This document shows, piece by piece, positions 8,259 to 15,499 of a stretch of 64,000 nt of DNA. Below the pieces are notes generated by a model. It saw nothing but the letters and a program-made list of their open reading frames with translations. It searched no databases and was not told the origin of the DNA. The translations under genes were made by a program, and so were the position numbers. Origin of the DNA: an uncultured Candidatus Binatia bacterium (GTDB lineage Bacteria; Desulfobacterota; Binatia; Bin18); contig CBDBDK010000001.1 of assembly GCA_965203745.1 (NCBI GenBank), positions 780,400 to 844,399 on the forward strand, read 5' to 3'. Each line of letters starts with the position of its first letter. Positions within the stretch are counted from its first letter, which is position 1.

Positions 8259-9320
8259 ATGATTCTCGTATTTGTTGGTGCGGGCGGCTCAGCCGCCGTG
8301 GACCCAAAGCAGTACCCGACGACCCTAGAATTTTTCAATCTTCTTCCAGACAGTATTACAACTAATACTTTGTTTACTTCAGTGAAGGGTTTTCTCACGG
8401 GGCCGAAAAAGAAAGAGAAGGGAACCATTGATATTGAGGATGTATTGGAAACCTTAAACGAACTCCAAGTGAATGGCCAAAGAGCAATTGATAAAACGAA
8501 GATTCTAGGATGGACCTTAGGAGGGGAACTAGGATTTATTAGCGGAGTCTCTTTTGATGCCCTTGCTCAGTCTATGGAGCAGTTGATTAAAACGCATGCC
8601 GCCCCACTTGCCTCCGAAATTCATAGGCAAGTGTATGATCTCTATGCAGAAGAGCCCGACCCCACTCAGTTGAAGGATTGGGTAAGTCTTCTTTCGGGAT
8701 TAGCAGAAATCGATCCCGCTATCGAAATCTTTACAACAAATTATGACCTCGTGTTGGAAAGCCTGATTCCACTGGTAAAACCAGATATAAAAACGGGCCG
8801 TGATTCCACCAGTGGTATTCAAACACGGCTCGATATCACCCCTTGGCTACTTTCCATGCCAGACGATCCGAGTCGTCCTAGTGGACTCCTCACTAAGCTC
8901 CATGGGTCGGTTGATTGGCAAAGGGGCAGGAAAGGAAAAATCAACATAAGCGACACCGACACCGGAAGTGACGATAAACATTGCATTCTCTATCCAGGCC
9001 ATAAAGGAGAACCGACTGAAGAGCCGTTCAAGGTGTTTCATGAATATTTTCGTCGGGTTATACGGTCCCGGACTCTATCCGCTGCCGTCTTTGTCGGGTT
9101 TGCTTTCCGAGATGAGTATATTAACTTCCTTCTGGCCGATCTTCCTAAAGATACTCCTACGGTTTTTGTAACCAAAGATAATATAATCCATCTTGATAGG
9201 AGTGGCCCCCCAACCGGTGCTCCTGCCGTCAACAGTTTTATACATATCTCAGCAGGCTTGACATCGCATACGCCCGAGCTATGCCTCGAATATTTAAGAG
9301 AGAATAAGCGTAAGAAGTAG
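8259..9320 (+). CDS. SIR2_2-like (sirtuin-fold, putative NADase) stand-alone protein
   Basis: 353 aa from ATG 8259 (purine-rich AAAGGGA just upstream). Motif order ILVFVGAGGS, FTTNYDLVLE, LTKLHGSVDW, VFVGFAFRDEYI. Visibly AT-richer than its flanks. The longer start at 8145 was rejected. Confidence 0.75.
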   Translation: MILVFVGAGGSAAVDPKQYPTTLEFFNLLPDSITTNTLFTSVKGFLTGPKKKEKGTIDIEDVLETLNELQVNGQRAIDKTKILGWTLGGELGFISGVSFDALAQSMEQLIKTHAAPLASEIHRQVYDLYAEEPDPTQLKDWVSLLSGLAEIDPAIEIFTTNYDLVLESLIPLVKPDIKTGRDSTSGIQTRLDITPWLLSMPDDPSRPSGLLTKLHGSVDWQRGRKGKINISDTDTGSDDKHCILYPGHKGEPTEEPFKVFHEYFRRVIRSRTLSAAVFVGFAFRDEYINFLLADLPKDTPTVFVTKDNIIHLDRSGPPTGAPAVNSFIHISAGLTSHTPELCLEYLRENKRKK

Positions 9321-9621
9321 TTTCATACCCTGCCCGTTTTGGGTATCCAGGTATATAAGTCCCTCCACGGAGGGGATAGAAGAAGTTCCTGTCTTCAGCA
9401 GGCGCCCCGACAGAGAGCGGGCACTGCTGGGAATGCAGGTATTGAAGAGAGGCCAAGGAGAGAATATATTCCGGCTCGACAGCAGGAGACGATATGAGCG
9501 AAACGAGGGCGGTGCCCACCGGGCATAGAACGCTGTTTCAGATGGCTGACTTTGAATTGGTGATTGGACCACCATTGTGCAAGGGCGCTGCCTGCGTCGC
9601 CCCTCATATCGGTCGTATAAG

Positions 9622-9747
9622 CCCCCAAATTACGTCTAAAAAGACAAATTACGGTTCAATACACCCCCCAATTACGCACAAAAAGGCATTTAACGGTTCA
9701 ATACGCCACCGAATTGTGCACAAAAAGACCCTTCATGGTTCAATAAG
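9622..9747 (+). repeat. Three tandem 42-bp direct repeats
   Basis: Units at 9622-9663, 9664-9705 and 9706-9747. They share the boxes AATTACGCACAAAAAGAC and ACGGTTCAATAC. Confidence 0.85.
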
Positions 9748-10142
9748 TTATTGATTTCATTGCATTCAGGTCAGAGACCCCTCCTATATTTTTTTCGGGA
9801 GGCGTTTGTTAGAGAAGAACAGGGTTTGATAGTAAGCGTTCCAATGGCACCCCGCAGACACGATACAACCGGGGCGCTCCCTTCTCCTCCCCGCTTGGGA
9901 CGGGTGAGGCGTATTGCCGCGTCAGCCGGGGAAGAGGGGGCAAAGGCCACGGCGGGCTGGCCGAAGAGGGGGGGGAGCCAGTGGCCGAGATTGATGGCGG
10001 CGCGCTTGGCGGCCAGTCGGGGCAACCAGCCCTGGGGGCTACGGGTGCCCGGCCAAGGCAAGCCTAGCCTAGCCTCGACACGCTCCTTCTACAGTGCTCC
10101 CTCATCTGCATCGCGCGTCTCGGAGGGGATCAAGAGGGATGT

Positions 10143-10328
10143 ATGACTACACAGCCCATCGTCCCCAAAGTCTGGAGCTTCTGCACCACCCTGCGCGATG
10201 ACGGGGTGAGCTATGGCGACTACCTGGAACAACTCACCTATCCGATCTTCCTCAAGATGGCCGACGAGTACGCCAAACCACCGTACAACCGTGATGTCGG
10301 CATCCCTGCCGAATACGACTGGAGCCCC
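10143..10328 (+). pseudogene. hsdM: 5' stump of a second hsdM allele (about 62 codons)
   Basis: MTTQPIVPKVWSFCTTLRDDGVSYGDYLEQLTYPIFLKMADEYAKPPYNRDVGIPAEYDW parallels resident HsdM residues 1-60. Similarity ends near 10328. Confidence 0.85.
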
Positions 10329-10359
10329 TTATTCGTGTCTTGGTGTGGCAGGCGTGGCG

Positions 10360-10653
10360 TCACACCGCTTTTGGGGCGACGGTGAGACGGACCCCGAGCG
10401 CCCCCAGCACCTTCATCACCGTGCCGATGCGGGGGTCGCGCTCGCCGGACAGCGCCTTGTACAGGCTGGGCCGGCCCAGGTGGGTTTCGTGGGCGACGGC
10501 GGTCATGCCCATAGCGCGTGCCACGGTGCCGACCGCCTTGACGAAAAATTCCGGGTCGTTTTCTTCGAGCGCGGCTTTCAAGTATTCGAGCCGGGCTTCG
10601 TCATCTCCCAAAAACTCGGCACTGTCCCACGGGGTATACGTTTCTTTTTCCAT
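10360..10653 (-). CDS. Addiction-module antidote protein (HTH antitoxin, HigA-related family)
   Basis: 97 aa. The segments DSAEFLGDDEARLEYLKAALEENDPEFFVKAVGTVARAMGMT..THLGRPSLYKALSGERDPRIGTVMKVLGALG are typical of the antidote partner of killer proteins. Confidence 0.8.
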   Translation of the reverse strand: MEKETYTPWDSAEFLGDDEARLEYLKAALEENDPEFFVKAVGTVARAMGMTAVAHETHLGRPSLYKALSGERDPRIGTVMKVLGALGVRLTVAPKAV

Positions 10654-10662
10654 GTCGCCTCC

Positions 10663-10946
10663 CTAGAGTGCGCGCGCCATGCGTTGCGCGCGGCGGATGT
10701 CCTGTTGTTGGCTCGTCTTATCGCCACCACACAGCAGGAGAACCACGGTCTTGTCCTGGATCGTGTAATAAACGCGATAGCCTTGGGCCACGTTGATCCG
10801 CAGCTCGCTGACCCCCTGGCCCACGCTCCGGTGGTCGCCAAAATTACCCGGTCTAGGCGCACCGCAATCCGCGCCTGTGCCTGACGGTCCCGCAGTGCTT
10901 TCATCCAGCGGCGGAAGGTCTCGCTCTGGATGACCGTATATGTCAT
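10663..10946 (-). pseudogene. Addiction-module killer protein (RelE/HigB-like), frameshifted
   Basis: MTYTVIQSETFRRWMKALRDRQAQARIAVRLDR continues in another frame as GNFGDHRSVGQGVSELRINVAQGYRVYYTIQDKTVVLLLCGGDKTSQQQDIRRAQRMARAL. The span is 284 nt, not a multiple of 3. The shift lies near 10846-10850. Confidence 0.75.
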
Positions 10947-10956
10947 ACCGAGAGTT

Positions 10957-10972
10957 GTATCCAATTGGATAC
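10957..10972. promoter_or_regulatory. Perfect 16-bp palindrome, candidate TA operator
   Basis: GTATCCAATTGGATAC, 10 nt upstream of the killer-gene start codon. Confidence 0.4.
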
Positions 10973-11105
10973 AGACGATCAAGGCTGAACGCGATGTCTG
11001 CCAGAACTTGAAACTGCGGGCCGGAGCAATCTGCGTAATATAAAGGATGAACACCGCCAACCGGCGCTTGCGGCCATCTTCCGAATACTGATATCGGGTG
11101 AATCC

Positions 11106-11354
11106 ATGAGCAAAGGGCTTGTCAGAACAGTGATTAGCCTGGATGACGAACAGAAAGCGTGGCTGGACCAGCAGGTCGCGTTGCGCCGCGTGTCCATGGC
11201 CGCGCTGATTCGCCAGGCGGTCAGCGAATTTCAGAGACGGGAACAGCGCGGCGCGGCCGTGTCGTTTCAAGAGGTGCTCAAGCAGACGGCGGACATCTGG
11301 CAGGGTGGGGACGGGCTTGGGTACCAGGAGCGTATTCGCCAGGAATGGCCGTGA
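11106..11354 (+). CDS. Ribbon-helix-helix (CopG-type) antitoxin-like protein, no cognate toxin adjacent
   Basis: 82 aa. VISLDDEQKAWLDQQVALRRVSMAALIRQAV is an RHH signature. Confidence 0.65.
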   Translation: MSKGLVRTVISLDDEQKAWLDQQVALRRVSMAALIRQAVSEFQRREQRGAAVSFQEVLKQTADIWQGGDGLGYQERIRQEWP

Positions 11355-11365
11355 GGGTCTGTACC

Positions 11366-11487
11366 ATCCCCTCTTGGGAGGGGTGGCCCGAAGGGCCGGG
11401 GTGGGTTCCTCCTCCGGTCGATTGTCTCCGCTCCTGGAGAGGGCAACCCACCCCGCCGCTGACGCGGCACCCCTCCAAGGAGGGGAT
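11366..11487. repeat. REP family A dimer (inverted pair, GGCCC-type plus CCGC-type units)
   Basis: ATCCCCTCTTGGGAGGGGTGGCCCGAAGGGCCGGGGTGGGTT, a 37-nt spacer, then AACCCACCCCGCCGCTGACGCGGCACCCCTCCAAGGAGGGGAT. Confidence 0.85.
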
Positions 11488-11499
11488 CAAGAAGGAAGT

Positions 11500-11658
11500 A
11501 TGACTACACAGCCCATCGTTTCCAAAGTCTGGAGCTTCTGCACCACCCTGCGTGACGAACCGACCTCGGTTCTTCTGGACCGAATCAGGGCCGAAAGAGA
11601 GAAGACAACGAAGAACAACCACGCCAAGAAAACAAGGAAGAGAAAGACGAGGGCATGA
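11500..11658 (+). pseudogene. Chimeric relic: hsdM allele-2 codons 1-19 fused to the last ~33 codons of an hsdS allele-2
   Basis: MTTQPIVSKVWSFCTTLRD joined to EPTSVLLDRIRAEREKTTKNNHAKKTRKRKTRA. Compare the HsdS end DEPASVLLDRIRVEREKAVKNNHSKKTKKRKTTA at 7888-7996. Confidence 0.85.
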
Positions 11659-13193
11659 CTGGCAAACTGCCCATCAACATCAACCACCTGCTTCTCCAGC
11701 GTACCATTGAAGGCGAGCGCGTCGAGTACAAGGCGGGTTGGAATCCGCAGAGCGTGCTGCACACCGTCTGCGCCTTCGCCAACGACTTCCACAATCTGGG
11801 TGGCGGTTACGTCGTCCTGGGCGTCAAGGAGCGCGACGGTCGCCCCGTGCTGCCGCCCAAGGGCATTCCGCCGGATTCCGTCGACGCGATCCAGAAGGAA
11901 CTGTTGAATCTGGGCAATTCGGCCATACAGCCCTATTACCACCCGCTTACGGGGACCTACGCTATTGACGGCCGGACCATACTCGTGCTGTGGGTACCCG
12001 GTGGCGAAACCCGCCCTTACAAAGCCAAAGTACATCTCACCAAAGGGCGCTCGGAGTGGGCCTACTTCGTCCGCAAACACACAAGCACCGTCCGTGCGAG
12101 AGGCCGGGATGAACGCGAGTTGCTCAGCTTGGCGGCTACTGTGCCCTTTGATGACAGGTATCGCCAGACGGCTTCGCTTGATGACCTGTCGCGTCGGCTT
12201 ATCCAAGAATTCCTGCGCAACATCGGCAGCGACCTCGCCGCTGAGGCAGCCGGTCTCTCGATTGAGAGCCTGGGCCAGCGCATGAACATTGTCGGCGGTC
12301 CTCCCGAAGCAATGTTCCCCAAGAACGCCGGCTTGCTGTTTTTCAACGACCGACCGCACGACTTCTTTCCGGCAACCCAGATTGACGTTGTCTGGTTCCC
12401 GGACGGCCCGGGCGGAGACCACTTCGAGGAGAAGGAGTTTCGTGGTCCACTGTCGATCATCCTCGGCGAGGCGATCAGCTACATCGGGCGGAACTACCTG
12501 AAGGAAACGGTTGTCAAGCATCCACACAAACCCGAAGCAGAGCGATTCTGGAACTTTCCGATTGGTGCCATCGAAGAGGCCCTGGTGAATGCGATTTATC
12601 ACCGCTCATACGAGGAACGGGAGCCGGTCGAGGTCCGCATTACCCCGGAAGAGTTGGTGGTCTTGAGCTTTCCCGGTGCCGACCGGTCCATCCGCATGGA
12701 AGATTTCAAGAACGGGCAAGCCGTCAGCCGTCGCTACCGCAATCGCCGCATTGGCGAGTTTCTCAAGGAACTCGAACTGGCCGAGGGCAGGTCAACCGGA
12801 GTCCCCAAGATTCTGCGAGCCATGCGGCAGAACGGCTCCCCGGAGCCGGTCTTTGAGAGCGACGAGGACCGCACCTGGTTTCTGGTCCGGCTGCCGGCGC
12901 ATGAACGGGCGTCACTTGGCGCAACCGCACATGAGACCACACATGAGGCCGAACATGTTACCGAACATGTTGAGCGCCTAATTACGGCCCTTACGAGAGA
13001 AATGAACCGCCCCCAGTTGCAGGATGCGCTAGGTGTGAATCACCGGCAACATTTCGTCGCGGCGTACCTCAGTCCTGCCCTCAAAGCAGGCCTGATCGAG
13101 ATGACCCTCCCGGACAAGCCGACCAGCCGGAACCAGCGTTACCGCCGCACGGCGGCCGGAGAGTCTTTGGCGCAAGAAATCAAAGAGAAGTAA
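11655..13193 (+). CDS. AlbA_2 (Schlafen-like) / HATPase_c_4 / wHTH protein (often annotated RecG-like or putative transcriptional regulator)
   Basis: 512 aa. N-terminal ERVEYKAGWNP..VCAFANDFHNLGGGYVVLGV. Central EEALVNAIYHRSY. C-terminal winged-helix-like tail. The ATG overlaps the stop of the upstream relic (GCATGA), taking the slot normally held by hsdM. Confidence 0.75.
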   Translation: MTGKLPININHLLLQRTIEGERVEYKAGWNPQSVLHTVCAFANDFHNLGGGYVVLGVKERDGRPVLPPKGIPPDSVDAIQKELLNLGNSAIQPYYHPLTGTYAIDGRTILVLWVPGGETRPYKAKVHLTKGRSEWAYFVRKHTSTVRARGRDERELLSLAATVPFDDRYRQTASLDDLSRRLIQEFLRNIGSDLAAEAAGLSIESLGQRMNIVGGPPEAMFPKNAGLLFFNDRPHDFFPATQIDVVWFPDGPGGDHFEEKEFRGPLSIILGEAISYIGRNYLKETVVKHPHKPEAERFWNFPIGAIEEALVNAIYHRSYEEREPVEVRITPEELVVLSFPGADRSIRMEDFKNGQAVSRRYRNRRIGEFLKELELAEGRSTGVPKILRAMRQNGSPEPVFESDEDRTWFLVRLPAHERASLGATAHETTHEAEHVTEHVERLITALTREMNRPQLQDALGVNHRQHFVAAYLSPALKAGLIEMTLPDKPTSRNQRYRRTAAGESLAQEIKEK

Positions 13194-13201
13194 GCCTACA
13201 T

Positions 13202-14686
13202 ATGAATACCGCCCCCATCGTCTCCAAAGTCTGGAGCTTCTGCACCACCCTGCGCGATGACGGGGTGAGCTATGGCGACTACCTGGAACAGCTCACCTAC
13301 CTGATCTTCCTCAAGATGGCCGACGAGTACGCCCAACCACTGCACAACCGCGATGTCGGCATCCCGGCCGAATATAACTGGCGGAGCCTGAAGTCGAAGA
13401 GTGGAGCGGAACTCGAAAGCCACTACGTCACCCTGCTTCGCGAACTCGGCACCAAAAAAGACATGTTGGGTCAGATTTTTACCAAGGCCCAGAACAAGAT
13501 TCAGGACCCGGCCAAGCTGTTCCGCCTTATCGATATGGTGGACGACACCGAATGGGTGAGCATGGGTGCCGACGTAAAAGGCGATATTTACGAAGGGCTG
13601 CTTGAAAAGAACGCCGAAGATACCAAGTCGGGCGCGGGCCAGTATTTCACGCCGCGCGCCCTCATCCGCGCGATAGTCGAATGCGTCCGGCCCGAACCGG
13701 GCAGACTCATTGCCGACCCGGCCTGCGGGACAGGCGGTTTCTTTCTGGCCGCCTACGACTTCATCAACAACTCGGACAACTTTAGGCTCGATAAACCGCA
13801 GAAGGCGTTCCTGAAGCACGAGGCATTTCACGGCAACGAGATCGTCGCCAACACGCGCCGGTTGTGCCTGATGAATATGTTCCTGCACAACATTGGTGAG
13901 ATAGACGGCGGCGCGCCCATTTCGTCAAACGATTCGCTGGTGGCCGATGCCGGTCAGCGCTTTGACTACGTGCTGGCGAACCCGCCTTTCGGCAAGAAGA
14001 GTTCCATGAGCTTCACCAACGAGGAGGGAGAACAGGAAAAAGAGGACCTGACCTATAACCGGCAGGACTTCTGGGCGACCACCTCGAACAAGCAGCTCAA
14101 TTTCGTGCAGCACATTCGCACCATGCTCAAGACCACCGGCCGTGCCGCCGTTGTCGTGCCGGACAACGTGCTGTTTGAAGGCGGTGCCGGCGAGACGATT
14201 CGCAAGAAGCTGCTGGACAACACCGACCTGCACACCATCCTGCGCCTGCCGACCGGTGTGTTCTACGCCCAAGGGGTCAAGGCCAACGTGATTTTCTTCG
14301 ACAACCACGAAGCCAGCCCGAATCCCTGGACGAAGCAGGTCTGGTACTACGACTACCGCACCAATATCCACCACACGCTCAAGAAAAAGCCCCTCCGCTT
14401 TGAAGACCTCCAGGATTTTATCCAGTGCTATCACCCGCAAAACCGTTGGGAGCGGACGGAAACCTGGGACGCGGAAGCCCACCCCAAGGGGCGGTGGCGA
14501 GTGTTCTCGTATGACGAGGTTCTCGCTCGGGATAAGACCAGCCTGGATATTTTCTGGCTCAAGGACAAAAGCCTGGCCGATCTCGATAATCTGCCTGAGC
14601 CGGACGAGCTGGCAGCCGAAATCATTGAAAACCTGGAGTCCGGGCTTGCCCGTTTTCGAGAGATTGTGACGGCGTTGGAGCGGTGA
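13202..14686 (+). CDS. hsdM: Type I R-M DNA methyltransferase subunit HsdM
   Basis: 494 aa. HsdM N-terminal domain, AdoMet motif ADPACGTGGF and catalytic NPPFG. Confidence 0.95.
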   Translation: MNTAPIVSKVWSFCTTLRDDGVSYGDYLEQLTYLIFLKMADEYAQPLHNRDVGIPAEYNWRSLKSKSGAELESHYVTLLRELGTKKDMLGQIFTKAQNKIQDPAKLFRLIDMVDDTEWVSMGADVKGDIYEGLLEKNAEDTKSGAGQYFTPRALIRAIVECVRPEPGRLIADPACGTGGFFLAAYDFINNSDNFRLDKPQKAFLKHEAFHGNEIVANTRRLCLMNMFLHNIGEIDGGAPISSNDSLVADAGQRFDYVLANPPFGKKSSMSFTNEEGEQEKEDLTYNRQDFWATTSNKQLNFVQHIRTMLKTTGRAAVVVPDNVLFEGGAGETIRKKLLDNTDLHTILRLPTGVFYAQGVKANVIFFDNHEASPNPWTKQVWYYDYRTNIHHTLKKKPLRFEDLQDFIQCYHPQNRWERTETWDAEAHPKGRWRVFSYDEVLARDKTSLDIFWLKDKSLADLDNLPEPDELAAEIIENLESGLARFREIVTALER

Positions 14687-14703
14687 GAAGAGAAGGGGCA
14701 GGA

Positions 14704-14745
14704 AACCCACCCCGCCGCTATGCGGCACCCCTCCGGGGAGGGGAT
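14704..14745. repeat. REP family A unit
   Basis: AACCCACCCCGCCGCTATGCGGCACCCCTCCGGGGAGGGGAT. Confidence 0.85.
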
Positions 14746-14801
14746 GGTGGGCGCCCATCTCGGAACTCTGTGCCCCCTCCGAGTGGAGGGGGGCTATGAA
14801 A

Positions 14802-14949
14802 CTAGAGCAAATAACGATGATGTGTAGCCGTCCGTCATTCCTGCGGAAGCAGGAATCCAGGTCTCCAGCCTCCCGGCCTCTGGATGCCGGATCACGTCCG
14901 GCATGACGCAAGCGTACTGGCACGGCTACAACGTATCGTGAAACGCGCT
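14802..14949 (+). repeat. MITE-like repeat family B, short copy
   Basis: CTAGAGCAAATAACGATG..CGTCATTCCTGCGGAAGCAGGAATCC..CCGGCATGACG..GGCTACAACGTATCGTGAAACGCGCT. A second, longer copy lies at 42374-42570. Confidence 0.8.
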
Positions 14950-15334
14950 AATGCGTTGGCAGGGGAGAAAAGTGGGCGCTGACGATTTTCCACTGGCCGT
15001 CTTCTTTGCCGAAGACGAGGGTGGTCCGTCCGTTTAAGGTGCTGACCTGACCGTCCTTCCCCACCGAGGTAAACGTATCATACCCATTTGCTACGCCGGC
15101 ACTGTCTCCGACCATTCGGCAGGACAGTTGACGCAGGCCGGAGTTGGCCGAGGCAATGCCTGCCATCGCCCCTCGCAAAAAATCAGCGAACTCCGCTTTG
15201 CTGTCAAACCGATAGGGAACGTGATCAATTACCTCAAGGTCCTCGGACAGCATGCCAATCGCCTTTTCCACGTCCAATTGCGTAAAGGCGTCAAAGAAGC
15301 CCCTGGCCGCGGCTTCGATTTCCTGTGCACTCAT
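14948..15334 (-). CDS. NTF2-like / SnoaL-like (DUF4440-type) protein
   Basis: 128 aa. ARGFFDAFTQLDVEKAIGMLSEDLEV..GRTTLVFGKEDGQWKIVSAHFS is the typical pattern. Confidence 0.65.
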   Translation of the reverse strand: MSAQEIEAAARGFFDAFTQLDVEKAIGMLSEDLEVIDHVPYRFDSKAEFADFLRGAMAGIASANSGLRQLSCRMVGDSAGVANGYDTFTSVGKDGQVSTLNGRTTLVFGKEDGQWKIVSAHFSPLPTH

Positions 15335-15499
15335 GTCTGATCCCTCCTCTATGGATTATACTTGCCCGTCTGCTTAGCGGGACTGATAAAGAGATGCAAG
15401 CCGGTCTGGCCCTTCAGGGGCAGTGGTTGCGGAATTGCGCGTTCTCAGGCAGAAAGAGGCTCGATAACGAAGGCCAGCAGTACTCCGGCTCCGGAGGGG

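Noticed and set aside
9622-9747. Possible mini-CRISPR array
   Set aside because: The units are directly adjacent with no unique spacers. They are only ~70-80 percent alike by eye, and no cas genes are present.
9494-9754. 86-aa ORF with repeated peptide ..ITSKKTNYGSI / ..ITHKKAFNGSI / ..IVHKKTLHGSI
   Set aside because: It is only the translation of the 42-bp tandem DNA repeat. It has no RBS or start context, and the repeat units diverge without respecting codon positions.
10213-11270. 223-aa (+) and 230-aa (-) ORFs spanning the TA region
   Set aside because: The plus-strand ORF is antisense to the antidote and killer genes. The minus-strand ORF is a read-through artefact that merges the frameshifted killer gene with flanking non-coding DNA.
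13196-14923. 230-aa and 332-aa ORFs antisense to hsdM
   Set aside because: Shadow ORFs opposite a well-supported methyltransferase gene. The second also runs through REP and MITE repeats.
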